Position numbers and translations under genes: made by a program
Shown here: positions 9,389-17,493 of the stretch, in pieces
How the letters are laid out: each line of letters opens with the position of its first letter
Numbering within the stretch: the first letter of the stretch is position 1
Notes under the pieces: generated by a model
What the model was told of the DNA's origin: nothing
The model's database searches: none
The model's input: only the letters and a program-made list of their open reading frames with translations
Origin: Dehalococcoidia bacterium
GTDB lineage: Bacteria > Chloroflexota > Dehalococcoidia > Lucifugimonadales > UBA3495
Length of the DNA stretch: 64,000 bases
Direction of reading: 5' to 3'
Assembly: GCA_965249355.1 (NCBI GenBank)
Contig: CBDFLW010000004.1
Span: 1,645,591 to 1,709,590, forward strand

Positions 9389-9895
9389 CTATTTATCGCT
9401 GATACACTCATCGGAACTGGCAAAGAAAGATTCCACGGATTCCGATTCTTCAGGACTCAACTCATCCGGGTCGCCAAACATCCTCGGCCCGATTTCCTCC
9501 AGGTACAGCACCGGGAATCCTTCGGCGAATAATCGGTGCATGCACTGAACTTCGGAGTCCGACCTTTCCGTGCCTGGGCCCGTATATATTGAAATCAATT
9601 GTTTGTCGGATAGACAGGTATATGCGACAAGCTGCAATAACAACAGACCTGCTCTTGCCGGTAAGTCTTCGTTGCCGCGGTTTCCGCCAGCTCTGCTTCG
9701 TGGGTCAAACAGATGGCGCGCGCAGTTCAACTGAATGTCGGTCTCATCATCTACGTCTTCGGCAAAAGAGGCGAGCTTGAGTTCCAGCACTCGCTCCTCG
9801 CTCAGGCAATCGTATGCGGGGTGATTTGACCAGACCCGGTACTCTGAGAAGTGCGAACCAAACAGGGAATCGCCACCGGCAACCACCCGACGCAC
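9389..9895 (-). CDS. hypothetical Cys-repeat protein; probably the continuation of 9953-10885 across a TAG
   Basis: Same frame as the upstream ORF (stop at 9953-9955 and listed start at 9895 are 60 nt apart). The listed start is GTG with no SD. It continues the same motif style (YDCLSEE, LNCARH, YTCLSDK, VQCMHR, DECISDK). Confidence 0.5.
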   Translation of the reverse strand: MRRVVAGGDSLFGSHFSEYRVWSNHPAYDCLSEERVLELKLASFAEDVDDETDIQLNCARHLFDPRSRAGGNRGNEDLPARAGLLLLQLVAYTCLSDKQLISIYTGPGTERSDSEVQCMHRLFAEGFPVLYLEEIGPRMFGDPDELSPEESESVESFFASSDECISDK

Positions 9896-9952
9896 GCGGT
9901 TCCTTTCATCGTCGGTCAGTCCTCCCGTTTCCTGGGCGAAATACGAGACTTC

Positions 9953-10885
9953 CTACTCAAGGTGTTCCTGATAGCTAAAGCATTTTGACGATTGAAATGA
10001 AGAACGCTGGAGGGCATACATCCTGGGAACGCCTTCTGGTGCGCTATTATCGAAGATGATATCCCGGATGCACTGTTTAGTTTCGACGGATAAACGACCG
10101 GCCTGGCTTTCGAAGGTTGCTATCAGAATGTCGGAGTCCTGTTCCGGATCTATGCAAGTTGACCTGACCTCCGAGAGGGCGACTATCAGGGCTCTGGCAT
10201 CGGCAGGGGGGTCGCTCAAGAGATGCTGGTCCAGACCCTTGATCTCACCTATCCAGCAGGCAAGCTCGGATGGAGTAATGGCCTCAAAAAAGACCCGCCC
10301 CAAGAGATTATCGGCCGCAGCGTCCAGCACAGCCTGTAACTCCTCCGGGGCCATGGTCGGGTACGGCGACGCGGGGGGCAAAGGCGTTGGCATGGCCGAA
10401 GGCGCCAGGGGCGCAACTATGGCGGCAGTAGGAGAGGGGGCGCTTTCCGCCGCCGGTATCGGGGTTGTGGCAGGCGTTGGCATGACCGACGGCGCCGGGG
10501 GTGCTCCTGTGACGGCAGTAGGAGAGGGGGCGCTTTCCGCCGTCGGTATCGGGGCTGTCGAAGGCGGGGGTGTTAGGGTAAGCGGGACAGCTTCCGGTTC
10601 GGAACCCCGGCAGGCTGCGGCGCCTAACATCAGGAGGGCGAGCAGCGTCGCGATTAGGGTTGCGCCAACCGCCGATGTTGGCAGTTTCAACGCATCTCCT
10701 CGCGTCCCCAAAGGCATTCCTATGGGTTCCCGCCCTCGTGAAGGTGACGCTCTTGCGCGAGGGCTTCGGGGTTCGGATTCCCGGTTTGCTGACATGGCCA
10801 GCAGCAACAACCCAAGGAGCGCAGCAAGAACTAAGGGTCTCTGCCTGGATACCGGCCGTTTGAATTGAATCCCGCGTCTCGCCAC
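9953..10885 (-). CDS. secreted protein or lipoprotein with Pro/Ala/Thr-rich 30-aa repeat and Cys-containing C-terminal repeats; ends at an in-frame TAG
   Basis: Hydrophobic leader ...ATLLALLMLGAAACRGSE (a likelier start is ATG 10717). Two 90-bp DNA repeats lie at 10383-10562. The C-terminal part has spaced Cys motifs (ELACWIGE, STCIDPE, KQCIRD, SKCFSYQ). Confidence 0.6.
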   Translation of the reverse strand: MARRGIQFKRPVSRQRPLVLAALLGLLLLAMSANRESEPRSPRARASPSRGREPIGMPLGTRGDALKLPTSAVGATLIATLLALLMLGAAACRGSEPEAVPLTLTPPPSTAPIPTAESAPSPTAVTGAPPAPSVMPTPATTPIPAAESAPSPTAAIVAPLAPSAMPTPLPPASPYPTMAPEELQAVLDAAADNLLGRVFFEAITPSELACWIGEIKGLDQHLLSDPPADARALIVALSEVRSTCIDPEQDSDILIATFESQAGRLSVETKQCIRDIIFDNSAPEGVPRMYALQRSSFQSSKCFSYQEHLE

Positions 10886-10923
10886 ATGCTCTAATTTGCA
10901 ACAGTAAGCAGGGTCTTTTAGTT

Positions 10924-11038
10924 CTCCCTCTCCCTTTAAGCAGAGGGCTGGGGTGAGGGTGAAATGCCGCGATTAAACTATGGCGGCTCACCAAAGGGAA
11001 CGCCCCCACCCTAACCCTCCCCCGGAGGGAGAGGGAAC
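10924..11038. repeat. REP-like family A, inverted pair
   Basis: CTCCCTCTCCCTTTAAGCAGAGGGCTGGGGTGAGGGTG ... ACGCCCCCACCCTAACCCTCCCCCGGAGGGAGAGGGAAC. Confidence 0.8.
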
Positions 11039-11138
11039 AATCGACAGACCCTGCACCAATAAGGATAAAGCACGGCAGGCCGGAGTCCGGCTGATATAAT
11101 CCCGAAAATCAACAATTCTTGATACTGGGGGAATTATT

Positions 11139-12035
11139 ATGCCTGATGATCTTTCCTACATCCTCGAGTCTCCGGAACACACCCATCTGGCCGACGTTGG
11201 CGGCAACACCGAGGGCCCGCTCTGGCACCCCGACGGCTACCTAACCTTCGTCGACCTCACCAACAGCCGCCTGCTGCGCTGGGACGAAGCGAACGGCGTG
11301 AGCGTGTTGCGCGAAAACACGGGGGAGGGCAATGGCTGCGCCTTCGACCGCCAGGGCCGCCTCCTGATGTGCGAGGGCGCCGACCACCGCCGGGTTACCC
11401 GCATGGACGCCGACGGCGCAGTCACTGCCGTGGCGGAGCGCTGGGACGGCAAGCGGTTCCACAAGCCCAACGACGTAGTCTGCCGCTCCGACGGCAGCGT
11501 GTACTTCACCGATCCTTCGCTGCGGCTGGAACCCGAACTCCGCGAGTACGGATTCGCCGGCGTCTTCCAGATAGGCCCAGACGGCCAGGTGCGCTTGGCC
11601 ACCGACGGCTGCGAGTACCCCAACGGCCTGGCGTTCTCGCCCGACGAGTCCGTGCTGTACGTCGCCATCAGCCGCATCAGCCTCGACTGCCTGGGCGAGG
11701 AGGAGCGCGGCGAGATCTGTACCCACCGCAAGATCCGCGCTTTCGACGTCGCGTCCGACGGCTCCCTGAGCAACAACCGCGTCTTCGCCGATATGAGCTC
11801 GGCCGAGCCCGGCGTCCCCGACGGTATGAAGGTGGATACCGCGGGCCGCGTATTCTGCACCGGCTCCGGCGGAATCTGGGTCTTCGAGCCCGACGGCACC
11901 CACATCGGCGTCATCCGCGGCCCCGAGGTACCCCGCAACATCGCCTTCGGAGGCCCCGACTACCGCACCGTCTACACCACTCCGGGGCAGTCCATTTACA
12001 GCTTCCGGGTCACCACTCCCGGCATCAAACCGTAG
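11139..12035 (+). CDS. SMP-30/gluconolactonase/LRE-family protein
   Basis: EGPLWHPDGYLTFVDL, NGCAFDRQGRLLMCE, KPNDVVCRSDGSVYFTDP, PNGLAFSPDESVLYVA, PDGMKVDTAGRVF are typical six-blade lactonase motifs. Confidence 0.85.
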   Translation: MPDDLSYILESPEHTHLADVGGNTEGPLWHPDGYLTFVDLTNSRLLRWDEANGVSVLRENTGEGNGCAFDRQGRLLMCEGADHRRVTRMDADGAVTAVAERWDGKRFHKPNDVVCRSDGSVYFTDPSLRLEPELREYGFAGVFQIGPDGQVRLATDGCEYPNGLAFSPDESVLYVAISRISLDCLGEEERGEICTHRKIRAFDVASDGSLSNNRVFADMSSAEPGVPDGMKVDTAGRVFCTGSGGIWVFEPDGTHIGVIRGPEVPRNIAFGGPDYRTVYTTPGQSIYSFRVTTPGIKP

Positions 12036-12129
12036 CCGCTCCGCGAGGGCAGGGCCCTTGGGGTGAGGGCGTCCCCTCGCTGATGCCAGTCTGCTGGATG
12101 GCAGGAATTCTCGCTCCCGCCATTGCGTC

Positions 12130-12217
12130 CTTCCTGCGAAAGCGGTAATCCAAAGTCCCTTACCCTCTGGAAAGTGGGCGTACAAAGGCAACCCGGATTC
12201 CCGCGAAGGCGGGAAGG
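12130..12217. repeat. REP-like family B element (diverged)
   Basis: ..GGTAATCCAAAGTCCCTTACCCTCTGGAAAGTGGGCG..AACCCGGATTCCCGCGAAGGCGGGAAGG parallels 13511-13603. Confidence 0.6.
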
Positions 12218-12348
12218 TCGGTGTATAGACCCCATGTGCCGACGTGGGTAACCGCGGGGGCGCGCTGCCCGCCCGCACTCTGGTGGTGAACTCCCCTGCC
12301 AGCCTGTATTATTAGCGGCAATCCGAATCAGCAAACAGGAGAGGAATC

Positions 12349-13263
12349 GTGACCTCTAGCAGCATTGTCGGTTCCGGCGACTTTACCTACGAAATGAACC
12401 CTGAGTGGGCCAGGCTCCCCGAGGGATGGGAGATGCCCACTGCGGCGGTATTTGGCGACTCCCAGGACCGGGTCTACGCCTTCAACCGCGACCCGGAGCA
12501 CCCCGTCTGCATATTCGACAAGGACGGCAACTTCGTCTCTGCCTGGGGTGCTGGCCTGATCAATTTCGCCCACTCCATCCTGCTGGACCAGCACGACAAC
12601 GTCTGGCTGGTGGACCGCAACACCCACGAGGTTCACAAGTACACCGCCGACGGCCAGCACCTGATGACCATCGGACAGAAGGGCGTGCGATCCGACACCG
12701 GCGTCGACGCCGACGACTACAGCTCCACCGCCTTCCAGACCGTCACCCACGGTGGCCCTCCCTTCAACATGCCCGCTGGCATTGCCCTCAACGATGAGGG
12801 GCAAATCTTCATCGCCGACGGCTACGCCAACGCTCGCGTGCACAAGTTCACGCCCGACGGCCAGCTCATCAAGTCCTGGGGCGAGCCTGGCGACGGGCCC
12901 GGACAGTTCCGCCTGCCCCACGGCATCTGGATCGATCGCCAAGGGCAGGTGCTCGTGGCCGACCGCGAGAACGACCGCGTCCAGGTGTTCACCCAGGACG
13001 GCGAGTACATCACAACCTGGCCCAGCAAACTCATCGGCCCGGCCCTGTTCTACGTCGATTCCGACGACATCGTCTACATCCCTGAGCACAACGGCGGCCT
13101 GTTCAGCGTGTTGTCGCTGGAGGGCGAAATCATCACCCAGTGGGGCTCCGAGCTACATCGCTCCTGCCACGGCGTGTGGGCCGATTCCAGCAAAGACCTC
13201 TACTTCGTGATGCCCGGCGAATGGGGCCGCTCCCGCCGCGTCGTCAAATTCCACCGCCGCTGA
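12349..13263 (+). CDS. NHL-repeat six-bladed beta-propeller (peptidyl-alpha-hydroxyglycine lyase-like)
   Basis: Repeated NHL-like blades: HSILLDQHDNVWLVDRNTHEVHKYT, PAGIALNDEGQIFIADGYANARVHKFT, PHGIWIDRQGQVLVADRENDRVQVFT. Confidence 0.75.
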   Translation: MTSSSIVGSGDFTYEMNPEWARLPEGWEMPTAAVFGDSQDRVYAFNRDPEHPVCIFDKDGNFVSAWGAGLINFAHSILLDQHDNVWLVDRNTHEVHKYTADGQHLMTIGQKGVRSDTGVDADDYSSTAFQTVTHGGPPFNMPAGIALNDEGQIFIADGYANARVHKFTPDGQLIKSWGEPGDGPGQFRLPHGIWIDRQGQVLVADRENDRVQVFTQDGEYITTWPSKLIGPALFYVDSDDIVYIPEHNGGLFSVLSLEGEIITQWGSELHRSCHGVWADSSKDLYFVMPGEWGRSRRVVKFHRR

Positions 13264-13386
13264 ACAGGGCAGTCGAATTACGGCCAACCAGAATCGTCAT
13301 TGCCATGAAAGCAGTGGACGGCAGACTTCTTGGGGTAAGATTCAGGCGCCATTGGTGTAGGGGCGGGTTTCAAAGCCGCCCCTACA

Positions 13387-13625
13387 CAGGGCAATCGCGT
13401 TTTGACCTTCTCCGCATCCAGCAACTCACAATTGCCGTGAAAATTCCCGGTCATTGCCATTAAAATGGTCATTTTCATTGTTCATACGTGGCCTCGGCAA
13501 GGCATCCGCAATTCCCGCGAAAACGGGAATCCAGAGTCCTTTACCGGCGGGAAAGTGGGCTAACCCGGGAACCCCGGATTCCCGCTTTCGCCGGAATGAC
13601 GGGAACTCTGCGGCTCGCATTGGAA
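13387..13625. repeat. degenerate copy of the CAGGGCAATCGCG-ended MITE family, uninterrupted (serves as empty-site comparator for the IS110 insertion)
   Basis: 13387-13457 is about 85% identical by eye to 25442-25510. 13511-13603 is similar to 26733-26824. The right terminal repeat is barely recognisable (GGCTCGCATTGG near 13611-13625). Confidence 0.5.
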
Positions 13626-13700
13626 AAGGGCAAGACTCCAGCAATAAGGCGCGCGGGACTTGCGGCCCAAATGCGACCTTTGCTATATTGTTTGTGCGAT

Positions 13701-13776
13701 GGGGCTGTAGCTCACTTGGGAGAGCGCTTCAATGGCATTGAAGAGGTAGAGGGTTCGATCCCCTCCAGCTCCACCA
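13701..13776 (+). tRNA. tRNA-Ala (anticodon GGC), CCA encoded
   Basis: GGGGCTGTAGCTCACTTGGGAGAGCGCTTCAATGGCATTGAAGAGGTAGAGGGTTCGATCCCCTCCAGCTCCACCA folds as a cloverleaf: 7-bp acceptor with G3:U70, anticodon loop ATGGCAT, T-loop GGTTCGATCC. Confidence 0.95.
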
Positions 13777-14368
13777 GACTTGACGAAATCAAGAACTTTC
13801 ACACTGCGGTTCGTTCTGGACTTTTAGTCAGGCCGTAGTGCTGCCCTACTGGGAGAGTTCCTCAGGAGCGGCGATATCATCGTCCAGGTGCCGCTCCTTT
13901 CAGAGGAGCGGGTCTATCCCAATGAGCAGGCGCTCATCGACTTGGTGGCCACCGAGCGGGTGGAGAGACGCCGGGCGCGGGCCTACTCCACCCACGCCTG
14001 CACCATGGAAATCATCGAGAGGATAGACGGCATCACCGACACGGTTCCCGCGTGTCGGTGATGAAGGCCGAGGCGGTGTCCCGGAGTGGCGAGAGGCATC
14101 GGTGGCCAATAGGGTTAAGGAGGGCATCGACATGCCTATCTGCTATCTCAGGTTGGCTCGGACCGGCCTCCACTAGACCGACTTCCCGGCCCTCTGCTGG
14201 TTGGAAACAGATAGGCTCAGGATGGGCGGTGTCGTGCGCCATACCCAACACACGTTAGGAACACCGCTTTTGGTATTCCCGGGTTATGTTGGCTATTGCG
14301 CATGGGGCGCCCGCTCATCCCCGCGGAAGCCGACATACCAACACATATTTGGGAGTGGCGAAACGGGT

Positions 14369-14658
14369 CAGGGCAATCGCGTCTTAAAAGCTGGAGCCGC
14401 ATTTTGCTGTCATTCGCCCCTTGCCGAGCCTGGCGCCCCCTCTCTAGGATAAATTCTATGTCTATAACGGACCTCAATCACAACCCGCCTGACATCCGGT
14501 TGGGCCTGCCTTGAACCAGCGACCAGCCCGGAATTGCCGAAATGACCGGAAATGACCGGAAATGACCGGGAAAACGAAAAACCCGCCCTGTAAATCGGCA
14601 ATTTCGGCTACTACGACCCAATTTTCTGAGTCGCTGAAATCAAGACGCGATTGCCCTG
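14369..14658. mobile_element. MITE (290 bp) with perfect 17-bp terminal inverted repeats and 10-bp target-site duplication
   Basis: CAGGGCAATCGCGTCTT at 14369-14385 is the exact reverse complement of 14642-14658. CGAAACGGGT flanks both ends (14359-14368 and 14659-14668). No credible ORF inside. Confidence 0.85.
14539..14568. repeat. 3 x 10-bp tandem repeat GAAATGACCG inside the MITE
   Basis: Read directly from the sequence. Confidence 0.9.
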
Positions 14659-14801
14659 CGAAACGGGTGTCAATGTTAAGATACCCATAGCAACTCCGCT
14701 ATACTACCCGTACGAATCTGTTGGCTATAGCGCCAGTCAAGACCTGGAGGGCAGGAACATGACTCGTAAACGCACGACAAGATACGTGACCCTGTTGAGC
14801 G

Positions 14802-15479
14802 TTGTCCTTGCGCTGGGCCCTTACGACGGCGCTCGCGGCCTGCGGCTCTGACGAGCCGTCCGGCGTGACAGGCCCCGACCGAACCGCGTCCACCCCAACC
14901 GAGACGCCTGCCTCCCCCGCACGGACGCCTTCCACGCCGGGGTCAGAGGCCGCGCCCACTGCCACCGTTGCGCCTGGACCTACGGCTACGACAGCGCCGC
15001 CCGCGGCCTCCGGCTCCGCCGAAACGGACCGGGAAGCGCTGGTTGCCCTCTACAACGCAACGGACGGTGGGAACTGGAATGAAAGCGCCAACTGGCTGAG
15101 CGACGCTCCCCTCGGCGAATGGGAGGGCGTCACCACTGACGGCGACGGGCGCGTTACACAACTGGACCTCCGCAACCACGACTTGAGCGGGGAGATACCG
15201 GCGGAGCTGGGTAGCCTCTCCAACCTGATAGCTCTGGACCTCAGCGACAACGAGTTGAGCGGGGAGATACCGGCGGAGCTGGGCAGCCTCTCCAACCTGG
15301 TATTACTGCGCCTCAACGACAACGACTTGAGCGGGGAGATACCGGCGGAGCTGGGCAGCCTCTCCAACCTGGGAGAGCTGCGGATCGCCCGTAGCGGCTT
15401 GAGCGGGTGCGTGCCAAGCAGACTGGAAGGCCAGATCGACCCTGACCCTTTGTACCTTGGCGGCCTGCCCTACTGCTGA
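14802..15479 (+). CDS. lipoprotein with plant-type (24-residue) leucine-rich repeats
   Basis: Lipobox ...ALTTALAACGSDE, a Pro/Thr/Ala linker, the cap ALVALYNATDGGNWNESANWLSDAPLGEWEGVTTD, then 3 repeats L..N.LSGEIPAELGSLSNL. Start is uncertain (TTG 14802, or ATG 14759 in another frame). Confidence 0.75.
   Translation: MSLRWALTTALAACGSDEPSGVTGPDRTASTPTETPASPARTPSTPGSEAAPTATVAPGPTATTAPPAASGSAETDREALVALYNATDGGNWNESANWLSDAPLGEWEGVTTDGDGRVTQLDLRNHDLSGEIPAELGSLSNLIALDLSDNELSGEIPAELGSLSNLVLLRLNDNDLSGEIPAELGSLSNLGELRIARSGLSGCVPSRLEGQIDPDPLYLGGLPYC
15183..15371. repeat. 72-bp periodic near-identical DNA repeats encoding the LRR units
   Basis: TTGAGCGGGGAGATACCGGCGGAGCTGGG(T/C)AGCCTCTCCAACCTG starts at 15183, 15255 and 15327. 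Confidence 0.9.
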
Positions 15480-16126
15480 AGCCTCGCGCCCTCAGCCGGG
15501 CACGGACAGCATATCGTCCTGGAGGCGCTCCCAGCGCTTGTTGACTATGGCGCATGGCGCCGCCGAGAAACGGGGTATCAGCCTCTCACCTCTTCGGCCT
15601 CCCGGTCGGCGGCGGTTTGACCGCTCCGGCGCATGCTGACGCCCTTGACCGCCAGACCTTCAGCCAACGTTGAAAGGTGGAGGCCAGGTCCATGGTGAGT
15701 CTCCTCTTATTGGCTTCCATGCCTGCCGCTTCCCCAGATGGGACCATCGGACGCAGAAGAGGGCGAACGAAGAAGAATCAATGCCCCACCGGAAAATGGG
15801 CAACAAAAAATGCCCATGCATAGACGAGCAGTGGGAGGATACCGCATCGCATCGTGGTGTCCTCCCACTGTGTCTTCTGGCCTAGCGCCCCGCGCCGACC
15901 GGATCCGTCTCCAGAGCCTGCACCAAGGTGTACGCCCACTCGAACAGGGACGCGGCTGCGGACCTTGGGCTTGACCGGCTCCTCGGCCATGAACTCGGCC
16001 CACGAGGACAGCGTCCGCTGCCTTCCCACACACCGGCACTGCCATGTGACGGATGCACAGCGCGCCCCTCTTTCGCTACGCTCGACACAGGGTACAATTA
16101 GGAAATTTAGTGGAGACTCATGAAAG

Positions 16127-17128
16127 ATGGAAGTAGGAATTTACATACGAGATTACATGGAAGACCCAGACCGGCCCATGTACGAGCAGGTGGAAGAGGC
16201 CGCCGAGGTATGCCGCCGCGCCAAATCGCTGGGGATTTCGCTCATCTATATGCCCCAGCACTACATTTCCCATCCCACCGTCTGGATGCAGCCGATGCAA
16301 ACGCTGGCCCGGTTGGCTCCCGATGCCGAGGGCTTGAAACTGCTGACCGGCGTTCTGTTGCTTCCCTACCACAATCCAGTGGACATCGCCGAGCAGACGG
16401 TGACGCTGGACCACATCAGCAACGGGCGGTTCATTCTCGGAGTGGGGTTGGGTTACCGGGTAGCGGAACTGTCTGCATTCGGGACCAACCGGAGAGACCG
16501 GGTGAGCCGGTTCGAAGAGTCCATCGAACTAATGAAGCTGCTGTGGAGCGGGGAGGAGGTCAACTACGATGGCAAGCACTGGCAGGTACACGACGCCAGG
16601 CTGGCCCTGACCCCGGTACAGGAGCCGCATCCTCCAATCTGGATTGCGGCGCAGAGCCGAGGTGCGGTGCGCCGTGCTGCGGCCCTCGCCGACCGGGTGG
16701 TCCTCGGGCCGCAGCCGGGATGGAAGGACATCAGCGTCCTGACCCGCCAGTACAAGGAAGCCCTCGACGAGTTGGGCAAGGATCCCGCAGGGCGAATCGG
16801 CGTCCATCGCTCCATCGCCATAGCCAAGGACCGTGAAACGGCCATCACCGAGGCCCGGGAAATGGCGGCCAAGAAAGCCGGTATGTACAGCTCTTTCAAC
16901 ATGCAGGAACACACCACGGTGGACTTTGGACTTGGAGGGCGGCGGGAGTTGCCCGATTGGGCGGTGGCCGGCAGCCCGCAGGACTGCGCCGAAATCATCA
17001 ACCGTTGCAAGGAGGAGGAGGGCCTGGACTACATCGGGCTGGCCAGCTTGAATTTGCCCAAGGAATTCCCCGCCAAGCTGGAGTACCTGCAGCTCATTTC
17101 CGAGGAACTGCTACCGTATCTGGAATAA
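16127..17128 (+). CDS. LLM-class flavin-dependent oxidoreductase (luciferase-like monooxygenase family)
   Basis: LLLPYHNPVDIAEQTVTLDHISNGRFILGVGLGYR and HPPIWIAAQS are typical of the family. Confidence 0.85.
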   Translation: MEVGIYIRDYMEDPDRPMYEQVEEAAEVCRRAKSLGISLIYMPQHYISHPTVWMQPMQTLARLAPDAEGLKLLTGVLLLPYHNPVDIAEQTVTLDHISNGRFILGVGLGYRVAELSAFGTNRRDRVSRFEESIELMKLLWSGEEVNYDGKHWQVHDARLALTPVQEPHPPIWIAAQSRGAVRRAAALADRVVLGPQPGWKDISVLTRQYKEALDELGKDPAGRIGVHRSIAIAKDRETAITEAREMAAKKAGMYSSFNMQEHTTVDFGLGGRRELPDWAVAGSPQDCAEIINRCKEEEGLDYIGLASLNLPKEFPAKLEYLQLISEELLPYLE

Positions 17129-17191
17129 CAAAGAACCCCCACATTTGTAGTAGTCTAACTTAATTGAATTGATGACTGCCGAGGACTTTAT

Positions 17192-17290
17192 CGTCATTCC
17201 GGCGAAAGCCGGAATCCAGAAGGGCTGGGGAAAGGGCTAACGTAAACAGCGCCAGGGTTCCTGGATTCCGGCTCAAGGCCGGAATGACGG
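17192..17290. repeat. REP-like family B element (two inverted GTCATTCCGGC..GCCGGAATCCAG hairpin arms)
   Basis: CGTCATTCCGGCGAAAGCCGGAATCCAGA ... CTGGATTCCGGCTCAAGGCCGGAATGACGG. Related copies lie at 12130-12217, 13511-13603, 26733-26824 and 29083-29261. Confidence 0.8.
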
Positions 17291-17386
17291 AGCTGAATTC
17301 TAGGGTTACCTACTACTGGATTGCCGCCTCCGCAAGAATGAGGAGTGCAGTTGGTCGTAATGCGATTGTCCTGCCCCGCAAGTCCG

Positions 17387-17415
17387 TTGACAATAGCTAT
17401 GCCCATTGCTAGATT
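17387..17415 (+). promoter_or_regulatory. sigma70-like promoter candidate TTGACA-N17-TAGATT upstream of the amidohydrolase genes
   Basis: TTGACA at 17387-17392, 17-nt spacer, TAGATT at 17410-17415. It lies about 80 nt upstream of ATG 17494. Confidence 0.35.
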
Positions 17416-17493
17416 AGGCACAATATCGTACCTAACTTGTCCAACGTGTTGCGAATATAGGGGGCCGACTTGCCAGTACAGAGATTCAGGCCA

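Noticed and set aside
9953-9955. In-frame TAG as a pyrrolysine codon
   Set aside because: There are no pyl genes or PYLIS-like context in the window, and the lineage is not known for Pyl decoding. A nonsense mutation or base error is far more likely.
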